Virus record (IMG/VR): IMGVR_UViG_3300025867_000005
Origin: a virus
Taxonomy: Duplodnaviria; Caudoviricetes
DNA length: 64,000 nucleotides
Strand: one strand, 5' to 3'
Positions 20,987-30,725 of the stretch are shown one piece after another. Under the pieces are notes generated by a model. The model did not search any database and had not been told where the DNA came from. It saw only the letters and a list, made by a program, of their open reading frames with translations. Position numbers and translations under genes: made by a program. Numbering within the stretch: position 1 is the first letter of the stretch; every line of letters begins with the position of its first letter.

Positions 20987-21229
20987 ATGACAACTAAAAA
21001 AGTGGAAGACTTCCTTAAAAGCGTAGAAGCACAGAAAAAAGACAAAGATCTGTTTTTAAGAGATGGGGCATACTGTTGTCAAAAGCTAACTGAACATTAT
21101 CATGAAGCCAAGGGCGATCTTATGGTGATGGAACATAGCGGGATGTTTGATGATTCTGAAATTGGAGAAGAAAAGAAACGGATTACCACAGTGGAAGCTG
21201 CGCTTCGATTCTATGGTTCTTCTCTTTAG
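20987..21229 (+). CDS. hypothetical protein
   Basis: ORF in operon. Confidence 0.55.
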   Translation: MTTKKVEDFLKSVEAQKKDKDLFLRDGAYCCQKLTEHYHEAKGDLMVMEHSGMFDDSEIGEEKKRITTVEAALRFYGSSL

Positions 21230-21267
21230 CTGTTGACGACATGGAATCGGTTTGATATCTTCTTTCT

Positions 21268-21753
21268 ATGAAAAGTTCTCACGCAATCCGAAACCTTACG
21301 GAAGCCTTAAAGCTCCCTCTCGGGCATTATGACAGAATCAATGCCCAGAAAACTGTTTCGAAAATTTATTCAAAAGTCAGGGATAATGAGAAGATTCTGA
21401 GGGAGAAGATGAGGAAAAGTAGGATTCCGATCTACTTCGAGAAACCTGAATATTTCGACATCTGCCAATCCATTTGTCATTCTTTGTTTCTGCCAGGCAT
21501 AAAGAAGATCGTCTTTCAGAGTCCAGATGTTGATCCTAGTGCCGGTGGGCACTATATTCTCGGAGAAATTCACATCAAATACTGTAATACTGATGTCTTG
21601 ACAATTCTCCATGAATTGACCCATCATATCGAACGGTGTGAAAAAATGAAAGATGATCACGGTGACATCTTCGTTGAATTCGAAAACCTTGCATTCGAAG
21701 CTTTTATTTCTTGGTATCGCCTTCAGACACTTGACAACAATCCGAGTTTTTGA
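21268..21753 (+). CDS. HEXXH zinc metallopeptidase-like protein
   Basis: ILHELTHH...HG..F. Confidence 0.65.
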   Translation: MKSSHAIRNLTEALKLPLGHYDRINAQKTVSKIYSKVRDNEKILREKMRKSRIPIYFEKPEYFDICQSICHSLFLPGIKKIVFQSPDVDPSAGGHYILGEIHIKYCNTDVLTILHELTHHIERCEKMKDDHGDIFVEFENLAFEAFISWYRLQTLDNNPSF

Positions 21754-21788
21754 TACTGTATCAGTATTGAAAGAAAGGAAGTGTTGAT

Positions 21789-22016
21789 ATGGATAAAATC
21801 GTAAACGCCATCAACGAAATTCAGAAGATTGATATGCAGGTTCTTTGCAAGGACATTATCGATATCAGTGTCTATAGAAAAAATCCGCAAGAAATGAACA
21901 TCATGAAGATTTCCGAGAAAGTCGGGTTGCCAGTAGAGGACGTTATCCGTATCGTTACGGACCTCGCCGTTTCTGGCTTTGCAAACGGTCTATATGTAGA
22001 TAAATACAAAATGTAA
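21789..22016 (+). CDS. hypothetical protein
   Basis: promoter plus RBS. Confidence 0.6.
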   Translation: MDKIVNAINEIQKIDMQVLCKDIIDISVYRKNPQEMNIMKISEKVGLPVEDVIRIVTDLAVSGFANGLYVDKYKM

Positions 22017-22261
22017 GTATTCCTATTGACAGATTACTGAAGTTTTGATAATGTATCTTCATCGAATCAAGGAAAGGCAGGCGAAACATGAAAAAAGGTT
22101 TTCAGACTTTTCTATCGGCGAAAGACGAAGCTGACAAGATGAAGGATTTGTTTAAAACTCCTTTTAGCGTTTTCTTTGATTGGGCTTGGGACGGCATCAA
22201 CAATTGGCGGATTGCTGTCGGAGATTACAGGACGGCAGAATACACAGCAAAGGATTAAGAC

Positions 22262-22621
22262 ATGAATGTTTCAGATATCAACATCGGTGATTATTTCATT
22301 ACTTCGGCCATTCCGGAAAATCGGGCGTTCCGATACGGAATTTTTTGTAAAGCAAAGGAAGACCTTAAGGTGGTTTTCGAACGCTTTACCAACGGAGAAG
22401 AATTTCCACTTTTTGTCAAAGACGGACAAGTGGATATGGGAAACTGGGTAAAGACTTGTCTTAGCGGCGAAGAGAAAGTAAAGGCGGTAATTTGCATTCT
22501 TGATCGCGGACAAGAGACGGAAGAACAGCTTCGTTGGCAGATTGATTCCGCGACTAATGACATCATTGCCACCAAGAAGGTGACAGACGACGTTTTTAAA
22601 TCGGTTATGGTAAGGGAGTAA
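22262..22621 (+). CDS. hypothetical protein
   Basis: RBS. Confidence 0.6.
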   Translation: MNVSDINIGDYFITSAIPENRAFRYGIFCKAKEDLKVVFERFTNGEEFPLFVKDGQVDMGNWVKTCLSGEEKVKAVICILDRGQETEEQLRWQIDSATNDIIATKKVTDDVFKSVMVRE

Positions 22622-22622
22622 T

Positions 22623-22895
22623 ATGAAAAAGATCATGTTTTTGGTTGCCCTGTTGGCGGTATTCGTCCTTTCAGGTTGTATTGAAAGAAAGATTGTACAG
22701 GTTGTCGATAAAGATGGCAAAGTGATAGAAGAGTATGATCGACCATTTCCCTCTATGCATCTTAATCCAAAATGTGTATCATTTGTTGAAGGATGTGAAT
22801 ACTTTATCGTGTATGCTGATGCTTCACGCACTTATGTTCACAAGGGAAATTGCAAGAATCCCATTCATATCCACAACGGCGGGAATCACGAGTAA
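22623..22895 (+). CDS. putative lipoprotein
   Basis: MKK + hydrophobic stretch + LSGC lipobox. Confidence 0.7.
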   Translation: MKKIMFLVALLAVFVLSGCIERKIVQVVDKDGKVIEEYDRPFPSMHLNPKCVSFVEGCEYFIVYADASRTYVHKGNCKNPIHIHNGGNHE

Positions 22896-22910
22896 GAAAG
22901 GAATACTACA

Positions 22911-23162
22911 ATGCTAGAAATCAAGTTTAATGGAAAGTTGGAATCGGTGCGGTCAGTCAAGGATGTGAACATGTTTCCATGTCTTGGTAAGTATAAAAAA
23001 GAAAAAGTTATTGTAGCGTTTTTCAACAGTACATGCGGAATTGTTGTTAGCAGTGATGATCCAGATAATAAACCGGGAGAGTTTTACACGAATTGGAGTC
23101 CAGAAAGCTTCATCTATATAAATTCTGGTGCATCAGTTAGTTTCACGGTTACAAACAAGTAA
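22911..23162 (+). CDS. hypothetical protein
   Basis: RBS. Confidence 0.6.
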   Translation: MLEIKFNGKLESVRSVKDVNMFPCLGKYKKEKVIVAFFNSTCGIVVSSDDPDNKPGEFYTNWSPESFIYINSGASVSFTVTNK

Positions 23163-23171
23163 GGAACAAAA

Positions 23172-23363
23172 ATGAAAATTGAAGACTTACAGAATGTAGA
23201 TCGGGATGTATTGATCAGCCGCATTATTGAACTGGAATGCGCTATCAAGTGGCTTGTGAATGACAGGATGAAAAATTTTGATGACAGACAGTACGGCAAA
23301 GGCAACATGCGGAATATCCTAGAAAACGGCAGCCTTCCGGTAATTGAAGTGGAGAATGTTTAA
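23172..23363 (+). CDS. hypothetical protein
   Basis: RBS. Confidence 0.55.
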   Translation: MKIEDLQNVDRDVLISRIIELECAIKWLVNDRMKNFDDRQYGKGNMRNILENGSLPVIEVENV

Positions 23364-23365
23364 AA

Positions 23366-23623
23366 ATGAAAAACGCATTTTCCTTATTGTTTGTCGGATG
23401 CGCTATAATGCTGTTCAGTCTGGCATTAGGAATCTGTGGAGTTACAGTCTTTAGGCTTTTTATGTCTTCTAATTCCGTTACCCCTTCACAGTGGACACAG
23501 ACACTTGAAACATTGGAACGAAGCAGCAACGGAAAAACCAGTTGTGATGTCAAATGGGAAGATAAGAAGATGACCCTTACTTTTCACTTCAATGACATTA
23601 CCAATTCCTTCTTTCGAAACTGA
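23366..23623 (+). CDS. hypothetical membrane protein
   Basis: N-terminal TM segment. Confidence 0.55.
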   Translation: MKNAFSLLFVGCAIMLFSLALGICGVTVFRLFMSSNSVTPSQWTQTLETLERSSNGKTSCDVKWEDKKMTLTFHFNDITNSFFRN

Positions 23624-23711
23624 AATTTATGAGAGTAAAACTGTAAATGATGTTTTTGTCGTCGAAGTGTAGGGTGATGATATTGTTACCAAGAGGGTGC
23701 TTTTCAACTAA

Positions 23712-24026
23712 ATGAAAGCTTACAAACTCATAAGAATCAGGGAAAATGGAAGTTTAGGTCCTCTGTTTATCAACAGGAAACAGGTAATCGAATTCGGGAA
23801 ATGGATACCTTCCAAATGCATACCCACAAAAGGATTCGCTGTAAGACCGGGTTGGCACTGTACATCTAAACCCTGTGCCCCTCATCTTAAAACAACCCTG
23901 TCTAACGGTGAACAGCGGGTTTGGTGTCGGGTTGAAATCAAAGGCGTGACGGAAATCAAAAGACCTATCAGCCAAGGCGGGATCTGGTATCTTGCTAAAG
24001 AGATCAAGTTCTTGAATTTACTGTAA
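23712..24026 (+). CDS. hypothetical protein
   Basis: ORF with PLFIN..RPGWHC..PHL..GGIWYLA. Confidence 0.65.
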   Translation: MKAYKLIRIRENGSLGPLFINRKQVIEFGKWIPSKCIPTKGFAVRPGWHCTSKPCAPHLKTTLSNGEQRVWCRVEIKGVTEIKRPISQGGIWYLAKEIKFLNLL

Positions 24027-24047
24027 GGTTTCCTGAAAAATAAAAAA

Positions 24048-24700
24048 CGGTTGTCTATATCCGGACTGTACGCAAGTATAGGGTTCGGCTATTGCCTTGA
24101 TAACATAATGGCTAGTGTAACCTCTGGACATCGTAAAACCTCTTTAAACAGGGTCTAGGCGAGCCACAGGCGAAGGTCCGGAGCAAGACAGTGGATAACA
24201 CCCCCTTGCTTAAAGATTGACAGAAACGTATTTCTGAGGCTATGCGATCCTTGTGAGAGAACACAGGGAACTAAAAAGGCTTGAGAAGTACGGAATTGCC
24301 CGCGACGGTAGATTTGAGACACTTCTATCGTGGGGATCTGTCGGGACTATTTCCAGGCCACTTAAGTCAGCTAAGTCTAGGCGCGAACGGGGTTTCGCCG
24401 GAGGACGAGGGAAATAGGGAATACAGTGAAATTCTGTATTCAGCTTGTGACACGACGGAACTGAGTAGACCTCTGCATCCTGGCTTTATTTTCGGGATAA
24501 ATACCTGAACTAGCGTAGGACATTGTTGAAAACCTTCCCCTAAGCTTATACGAATTAGGTATCAAGCATGTGTCGGTTTTCAGAAGATATCAGTATTTTC
24601 TGAATACAGGAGAATATGGTTTCATTCTTTATCTTTACTTTGGATAAGGGGTGGAACCGTGTTCTCCAACCTGTCCTTGCTTGCCGAATGTCAATATCAG
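24048..24700 (+). ncRNA. large structured non-coding RNA candidate
   Basis: ~650 nt with no credible ORF; many hairpins including G-U-rich stem 24609-24667. Confidence 0.6.
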
Positions 24701-24875
24701 ACTGGGAAATGATGATTCTCTTCCTTTTCCTTTCGGCAATATGTTTCCTTTTTCTTTCTTTTGGGTATTGGTTTTAAAGCCTTCTCCATATATCCAAGAT
24801 ACATTCTTTAAGAATAGGATTGGAAAATAAGAAATGGAAAAGATATAAAACATATACACAGGAAGGAGGAAAAGG

Positions 24876-25268
24876 ATGATAGAAGAATATGTAATCGGGA
24901 AAATATTAGAAATCAGAGAGAAAGAAGAAAACACATCTAGAAGCATTGTCAGTATTTGTGTCGAAGGAAGAACAGAGACTTCGGAACATTTTAAAGAATA
25001 TGCCAAGATGTTCAAATCAGGAGACGAAGTTATTTGTGTTTGGAGACCTGAATTCAAAAAGATTACGAATATGTGGTTTCCTAATTTATGGACAAAGATA
25101 GCCAAACAGATAGAGCCATATCCAACCGTCTTGTTAAAGACAACAAGTAAAAAAGGGAAAACATATTGGAGAAAAGCAAGGGTAGATTTATTAGAAAAGA
25201 AGAAACAAAAGAAAACCATTGAAAACCCTTCGATTGTAAAATCAGGGAAAAACTTGATAATGTATTGA
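24876..25268 (+). CDS. hypothetical protein
   Basis: GGAGG RBS. Confidence 0.55.
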   Translation: MIEEYVIGKILEIREKEENTSRSIVSICVEGRTETSEHFKEYAKMFKSGDEVICVWRPEFKKITNMWFPNLWTKIAKQIEPYPTVLLKTTSKKGKTYWRKARVDLLEKKKQKKTIENPSIVKSGKNLIMY

Positions 25269-25327
25269 AATCCCTATTTACAGAAAACCGCAAATCTGTT
25301 ATTTTATAAAAAAGGAAGCAAAAGGAA

Positions 25328-25657
25328 ATGATTGAAAACGAACTGAAGATTCTTAGACACAGCTTGGGAACGGATTGGGAAGGGGATCTTACTTGGCATA
25401 GGAATTATTTTGATCCCGGCGGAGAAGACATCAAAATTTGTGAAAGCCTTCTTGCTAGAGGATTGATGACAAAGGCAAAGACGGCCTTTATCGGGAATAA
25501 TTTGTATTATGTGACAGAAGCTGGAAAACAGTTTGTCAGGGAAAATATCATCCAGAAACCTAAGTTGTCTCGAAGCAAGGAACGGTATCGGAAATATCTT
25601 CAGGAAGACAGTTGTTTGGATTTTGGAGAATGGTTAAAGAAAGGTCGGTATAAGTGA
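25328..25657 (+). CDS. hypothetical protein
   Basis: RBS. Confidence 0.65.
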   Translation: MIENELKILRHSLGTDWEGDLTWHRNYFDPGGEDIKICESLLARGLMTKAKTAFIGNNLYYVTEAGKQFVRENIIQKPKLSRSKERYRKYLQEDSCLDFGEWLKKGRYK

Positions 25658-26715
25658 AATTTTTCATCTACGGTGGAACGATTGACGGAGAACACAGCAG
25701 GACTTCGGGTATTGTCAACAAAATCAAAACCTGTTTGTTGGATTACGGAGGCGGAATGTCGATGAACGGACATCCATTGGATACACCGTCATTGGTACAG
25801 GATTTATACAATTCAAACCGGTGGATAGACACTATGATTTGGATGCCGGATATCAGGAACGAAGAACCAAAACATTATCCTATCAAGAAGGTAGGGGATG
25901 TTTTGATTTGTTCCAAAGTTATGCGGGAAGGCTATACCCGATTGGATGCCGTCAGCCGTATTTTTAAAATGCAGGGTAATGCCGTCATCTGCATTTACAA
26001 AGACGAAACTCCTTTCCGTTTCGAGTTGATAGATGCTCTCGGGAATATTTGGTGTTCGACCACCGAAATCAGCGTTCTGTGCAAGGCTATCAATGACCTA
26101 TACAAACAGACGCGGGAAAGTGTACGACTCGGCTCAGTGCACGTCAATAGGCTTGACGGTTATCCTAGAGACAGAGACAGCATTCGGTATCTGATTCGTG
26201 CGAATCAAGCTTTGAAAGACAAAATCATGGAAAGCTGCGGAAACCGGTTTTTCGGAAATATAAGCACAAGATGTCAGAACCTATTCCCGAGTTGTTCCGG
26301 TACCGGCGTTGTTTTTGTCAGTCCGAGGAATTGTGACAAAACCGGCTTGACGGCTGAAGATATGGTTCCCTGTTATCTTGAAGACAGTTTGGTTTGTTAC
26401 GGTGGACAGATGAAACCGAGTGTCGATACTCCGATACAGATTGCCCTGTATAACCAATTGCCTGGAATCAAATACATGATTCATGGACATGCATTTCTAA
26501 AACCAGGCAGTTATTCTTTTGATGTTTCAGAGACAAATGAATACCGGTTTTGCGGGGACTACAGGGAAAAAGATTTGATTTTGAAAGTAATACCAGAAGG
26601 ATCGGAATACGGTGTCGTAAATTTAAAAAATCACGGATTCCTTATCTATTCTTCGAATGAAGACCAACTGAAAGAAATCTTAACTTCTTCAGACTGGGAA
26701 ATGAAAAGATGGTAG
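25654..26715 (+). CDS. class II aldolase/adducin-domain protein
   Basis: FGNISTR, KPSVDTPIQ, IHGH, LKNHG motifs. Confidence 0.75.
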   Translation: MKFFIYGGTIDGEHSRTSGIVNKIKTCLLDYGGGMSMNGHPLDTPSLVQDLYNSNRWIDTMIWMPDIRNEEPKHYPIKKVGDVLICSKVMREGYTRLDAVSRIFKMQGNAVICIYKDETPFRFELIDALGNIWCSTTEISVLCKAINDLYKQTRESVRLGSVHVNRLDGYPRDRDSIRYLIRANQALKDKIMESCGNRFFGNISTRCQNLFPSCSGTGVVFVSPRNCDKTGLTAEDMVPCYLEDSLVCYGGQMKPSVDTPIQIALYNQLPGIKYMIHGHAFLKPGSYSFDVSETNEYRFCGDYREKDLILKVIPEGSEYGVVNLKNHGFLIYSSNEDQLKEILTSSDWEMKRW

Positions 26716-26799
26716 AAGAAAAACAAGAAGAAATTGTCGAAATCATACGTGGATTACCGAAGGATGCTAAGTTACACGTCTTCAACAAGGAGAAAGAAA

Positions 26800-27246
26800 A
26801 TGAATGAATCGAATATGGGATGGATATGTCCGAAGTGTGGAAGAGTAAACGCTCCTTGGGTAAGCAGTTGCCCTTGTTATTGCGAAAAGACCGATCAACA
26901 AGGAAACCGATATCCTATTTATCCGAATACTACACCTTATCCCTTTCCAAGTTTCCCTTATCCTACTTATCCAATCGTAACTTGTGAAGGGAATACTACG
27001 GTGTCAGAAACCAAGGATACCGTAAGGTTCGAAACTTCTACAGAAGGTATCATCGCCGGAATTATTGAAAGTCCTATTCCGTTGGAAGTATTTCCGAACA
27101 AAATGGGAATAAACGTTTGTTCCGTAGAAAAACTTTCTTGGGAACGGCAGAGCGACGGGCAGCTTAGAAGCTTGTCTATACGTTTTATCCCGGATACTGA
27201 AGATCAAAAGGAATCTTTAAATGATCCGGAAAGAACAGTAAAATGA
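26800..27246 (+). CDS. zinc-ribbon protein
   Basis: GWICPKCGRVNAPWVSSCPC. Confidence 0.65.
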   Translation: MNESNMGWICPKCGRVNAPWVSSCPCYCEKTDQQGNRYPIYPNTTPYPFPSFPYPTYPIVTCEGNTTVSETKDTVRFETSTEGIIAGIIESPIPLEVFPNKMGINVCSVEKLSWERQSDGQLRSLSIRFIPDTEDQKESLNDPERTVK

Positions 27247-27493
27247 ATTTATTTTGATATTTGTGAAATGTTTGCGCGAAGAATCTATAATGTGTTAGGA
27301 GACGGAATGAAAGAAACGACAAATAGGATAAACTTGATTACAGGGCGAAAACCCTATAGTCGTTTTTTGTCTAATGGAGGCAAACGAAACTAACCGTTAA
27401 GAGAAAGTTTTAGATTTTTAATGGAAGACACTTGACGGGAGTTAAAGAAACTGTTAAAGTGTCTTTTGTTTTCTACGAGAAGAAGTTGTTTTT

Positions 27494-27583
27494 GGAGAGT
27501 TGGCAGAATTGGTAAATGCGCGGGCCTGGAAAGCCTGCGGGAATCAAAAACCCACGAGGGTTCGAACCCCTCACTCTCCTCCA
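27494..27583 (+). tRNA. tRNA-Ser(GGA)
   Basis: cloverleaf, long V arm, CCA. Confidence 0.92.
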
Positions 27584-27604
27584 GTTTTTGAAATTTGAGA
27601 TTAA

Positions 27605-27697
27605 GGAGGGTTGGGGGAATTGGTTGAACCCGGATGTCTCGAAAACATCTGAATCGGCTAACACCCGGTTCTGTCAGTTCGAATCTGACACCCTCTT
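27605..27697 (+). tRNA. tRNA-Ser(CGA), no encoded CCA
   Basis: GATGT-CT-CGA-AA-ACATC; TTCGAAT. Confidence 0.88.
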
Positions 27698-27767
27698 GCT
27701 GGATAAGTTGAAGTACCTTTACGTGGTTTCTGGTATAGGGTCGCTTGCGATTCTCGAAATCTTCAAC
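27698..27767 (+). ncRNA. HDV-like (theta) self-cleaving ribozyme
   Basis: P1 GCTGGA/TCTGGT, P2 GTTGAAG/CTTCAAC, P3 ACC/GGT, L3 TTTACGT, P4 hairpin, J4/2 CGAAAT; G1 directly after tRNA discriminator. Confidence 0.75.
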
Positions 27768-27788
27768 AGTGTTCTTTAAAATTAGAAT

Positions 27789-27876
27789 CGGAGTTTAGCT
27801 CAGTTGGTAGAGCACCGCACTTTTAATGCGGGGGTAGCGTAAGCAATCACGGGTTCGAACCCCGTAACTCCGGCCA
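27789..27876 (+). tRNA. tRNA-Lys(TTT), long variable arm
   Basis: cloverleaf, CCA. Confidence 0.9.
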
Positions 27877-27892
27877 TTAAAGGGAAACAAAA

Positions 27893-27924
27893 GTTGCGTC
27901 CCCTGCGGGCGCATGAATTGAAAC
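27893..27924 (+). CRISPR. solitary type I-C-like CRISPR repeat unit 1
   Basis: GTTGCGTCCCCTGCGGGCGCATGAATTGAAAC, 32 nt, hairpin plus ATTGAAAC end. Confidence 0.75.
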
Positions 27925-28034
27925 CGACGCAGACTAAGAATCTGTGGCTGCCGAAAGGCAGCGGTTAATTTTGACAATTGAATAAGTTCTTGAATTCACA
28001 CAGGTTCCCTTAAATGGATTCTTGTGTGAAATTT

Positions 28035-28109
28035 GCGGGTGTATCTCAAAGGCTAGAGACTCAGTTTACCAAACTGATTATGAGAGTTCAATTCTCTTCT
28101 CCCGCTCCA
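28035..28109 (+). tRNA. tRNA-Gly(ACC)
   Basis: TCAGT-TT-ACC-AA-ACTGA; U73; CCA. Confidence 0.85.
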
Positions 28110-28284
28110 GATGGGTCCAATCGCCCCATGATTGGTAGCCAGTTCACATGACTGGTTTGCAGCGATATCAGATGTATGGATTTCAGTAGGAGCCTCAGTG
28201 TGACCGCAATGAAATCCAGGCATTGAAGTATTGGAATCTGTTTTAGAAAAAATCATGGCAGTAACCTCTGTGTAAAAGGTAAAT

Positions 28285-28383
28285 AGTAGAATAGGCCAAA
28301 TTGGTAGGGCAGTTGACTGTTACTCAACCCAAGACAATCTTAACCGATTGTGTGTGCAGGTTCGAATCCTGCTTCTACTGCCA
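28285..28383 (+). tRNA. tRNA-Asn(GTT), very long variable arm
   Basis: cloverleaf, CCA. Confidence 0.88.
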
Positions 28384-28392
28384 TTTTAAGAA

Positions 28393-28469
28393 CGGCGCGT
28401 GGGTCAACTTGGTAGACCGCTTGATTCGGGTTCAAGAATTTGCTGGTTCAAATCCAGTCGCGCCGACCA
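28393..28469 (+). tRNA. tRNA-Pro(CGG)
   Basis: cloverleaf, CCA. Confidence 0.92.
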
Positions 28470-28872
28470 TGTTTGAACGGGTTTGAAGAAAATGAAAAAA
28501 ATCTTCAGTATCCCTATTGACAACATGCCGTGGATTTAGTAAGATGTGCGGCGTTGAAAGGACAAGTAGGGAAACCAAAAATCCTGACAACAAATGTTCT
28601 TTGAGAGATGAAATGATGGTTCTGAATAGGTCAGAAGGAAGCGATGCTATGACGGTGGCAACCCAATGGCTAAAACGCGGCCAGATACGGTTCGATTCCG
28701 TGATTCAGAAAAATCAGAAAAATTTTTCGAAGACCACTTGACAGACGGCGGCGGTTTTGCTAAAGTCTGCGGTGTTGAAGAGAAAAAGGCAAAAAGCGGT
28801 TTGACGCCGCGCCCTGCGGAAAAGTTCAGAAATGAACTGGGGTAAAAATTGACAACTGAATACGATTTGAAA

Positions 28873-29250
28873 AAGAGTCTCTGAAGACCGGCCTGAATGA
28901 AAAGCTCAGGAAATGGGAACAAATCCCGCCCGGAAAAAAGAGACTTATCGCCATGCCGCCTTAAAACGGTATGGACTGGTTGATGAATCCAAGATTCCGT
29001 TCCCTTAAAGGAATGTTGAGTCAAGTGAAGTCAATCAAGAATTTCTGAAAACAGGCGGTGTCTGCCTGACCCTATTTAATAGTAGGGTGAAAGGACTCGG
29101 GCGTTAGTTCTGTGTTCAATCCGTAGCGCTTCCTTGAGAAGTGTATAACGTGTTGAAAGGTGTTAATCTTAGAAATCAGATTCACAGGGTCTGATGGAGA
29201 TGTCGGTTGCCAGACTTGTGTGGCAATTAAAAAGCACCGCTGAACGCCAA
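28873..29250 (+). ncRNA. structured RNA candidate
   Basis: ORF-free, consecutive hairpins (AGTCTCT/AGAGACT, CCATGCCG/CGGTATGG, CAGGC/GCCTG, TTGCCA/TGGCAA). Confidence 0.45.
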
Positions 29251-29255
29251 ATCTT

Positions 29256-29344
29256 GAGGGTATGGAGTAATTGGTTAACTCGCCAGGTTTTCATCCTGGA
29301 AACGCACTGCGCTTGTGCGGGTTCGAATCCCGCTACCCTTGCCA
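29256..29344 (+). tRNA. tRNA-Glu(TTC), long variable region
   Basis: cloverleaf, CCA. Confidence 0.9.
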
Positions 29345-29581
29345 TCTTTCGATGCGAATATCGGACAGACAATTTTGAAAATCTTAAGAAGGTAGATTCA
29401 TGGTTCGACGGAATTGTGAATCCTGACCTAACAGGGATAGATTCTACGTGGTGTATGGTGCACACTGGCCCCCTCAAACGGGCCGGGGGACAACGTTCAA
29501 GTCGTTGACGGAAGAACAAGTTTGTGTCTGCAAAGACGCATAAGTGAAATCCCCTACAACTTTACCCCTGAACAGGGGAAT

Positions 29582-29657
29582 GCATCGGTAGTTCAATTGG
29601 TAGAACGATGGACTTCCACTCCGTAGGTTGCCGGTTCAAGCCCGGTCCGATGCTCCA
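29582..29657 (+). tRNA. tRNA-Gly(TCC)
   Basis: cloverleaf, CCA. Confidence 0.92.
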
Positions 29658-29658
29658 T

Positions 29659-29687
29659 GTTGCACAAGTTTGTGTATGAATTGAAAT
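29659..29687 (+). CRISPR. solitary I-C-like repeat unit 2 (shortened)
   Basis: GTTGCACAAGTTTGTGTATGAATTGAAAT. Confidence 0.6.
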
Positions 29688-29731
29688 AAATAGCGGTATA
29701 TCAGTTAGTAGATAGTTTCCATGATTTTTAT

Positions 29732-29807
29732 AGGAGTGTCGTATAGATGGTTTTTACGGATGTCTGATAAACATCTTAAGAGGGTTCGACTCCCTCCACT
29801 CCTACCA
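29732..29807 (+). tRNA. tRNA-Ile(GAT)
   Basis: cloverleaf, CCA. Confidence 0.92.
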
Positions 29808-29918
29808 TTTGTCGGAATTAGAACTGTCGTGAAATTCACATTGATCAGTGAAAAGTAATTCTGGAGCCGCATAGACAGTTATATACCCCCTCGGTCAAAG
29901 GGTACGACAATTAATTTT

Positions 29919-29994
29919 GGGGCTGTCGTCTAAGAGGAAGGACATAGGGCTGAAAATCCTACGGTGATGGTTTCGAGTACCTCTGGCCCCACCA
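29919..29994 (+). tRNA. tRNA-Phe(GAA)
   Basis: cloverleaf, CCA. Confidence 0.88.
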
Positions 29995-30092
29995 ATTTAA
30001 AGCTGAATAGCAACGTATCCAAGCCGTTGTGCCCGTCCCTTCTTTTGGAAGGTAATGATATGCGGTTGAAATCCGAAGCTTGGCCGATTTAC

Positions 30093-30212
30093 GGGGATGT
30101 GGCGCAATGGCAAACACGGGTTGTATCCTAACAGCTTAGGTCGTGCGGAACAGCCTGTTGTCTAAATCCAAATTACGACAACTTGTATGTTCGAATCCTG
30201 CCTTCCCCATCA
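30093..30212 (+). ncRNA. tRNA-like RNA with extra arms
   Basis: acceptor GGGGATG/CTTCCCC, D-loop-like TGGCAA, TTCGAAT; two extra helices. Confidence 0.5.
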
Positions 30213-30219
30213 TTTTTTA

Positions 30220-30383
30220 CGGGACGAAGTAAAACGGAAAGGTCTCGGATCAATTGATCCCGAACACATGTCAGACTGGTAAGCGCAACCGAATTGACTT
30301 CGGGTTTATTTTCCGATAAAAGACTATAACACCAAGGAATGGTGCCTTGGAAATATTTGGTTCGACTCCAAAAGTCCCGACCA
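30220..30383 (+). ncRNA. tRNA-like RNA with giant D-domain (type A)
   Basis: CGGGAC/GTCCCG-A-CCA, T arm TTTGG-TTCGACT-CCAAA, ~100-nt D insertion. Confidence 0.65.
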
Positions 30384-30495
30384 ACATCTGTTTCTAATTA
30401 ATTCAGAGAAAACATTGAACAGCCGTGGGCTCTGTTTAATCTCAATCGGTGAGTTTACCTAATGCGGTAAAAGTCCGTGGCCTCCTCCGTTTTAT

Positions 30496-30584
30496 TGATA
30501 GGTGCGGAGAATGGTATTCCAGTTGGCTGTTAACCAACCGTCCCGCAAGGGCAATCGCTGGTTCGAATCCAGTCCTATCAGCCA
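30496..30584 (+). tRNA. tRNA-Asn(GTT), long variable arm
   Basis: cloverleaf, CCA. Confidence 0.88.
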
Positions 30585-30592
30585 TTTTTTAT

Positions 30593-30725
30593 GCAGTAGG
30601 AGTAAAACGTAAAGTCGGTTCTGGAAACCTCTGGGTTCGTTCGATGTCGTGCCCAGTCAAGGAACTGATATAACACCTCCAAACGAAGGAGGAGATATCT
30701 GGTTAGACTCCAGTCTACTGTACCA
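30593..30725 (+). ncRNA. tRNA-like RNA with giant D-domain (type A)
   Basis: GCAGTAG/CTACTGT-A-CCA; shares AGTAAAACG and TATAACACC with 30220-30383. Confidence 0.65.

Noticed and set aside
27702-27768. 67-nt duplicate of 31478-31544 read as a remnant of the endonuclease C-terminus
   Set aside because: Differences are compensatory in P1 and the unit matches the HDV fold and position, so a ribozyme explains it better
29442-29516. tRNA-like element with loop CCTCAAAC (possible TCA suppressor)
   Set aside because: 8-nt loop, poor acceptor pairing and no CCA; at best a pseudogene
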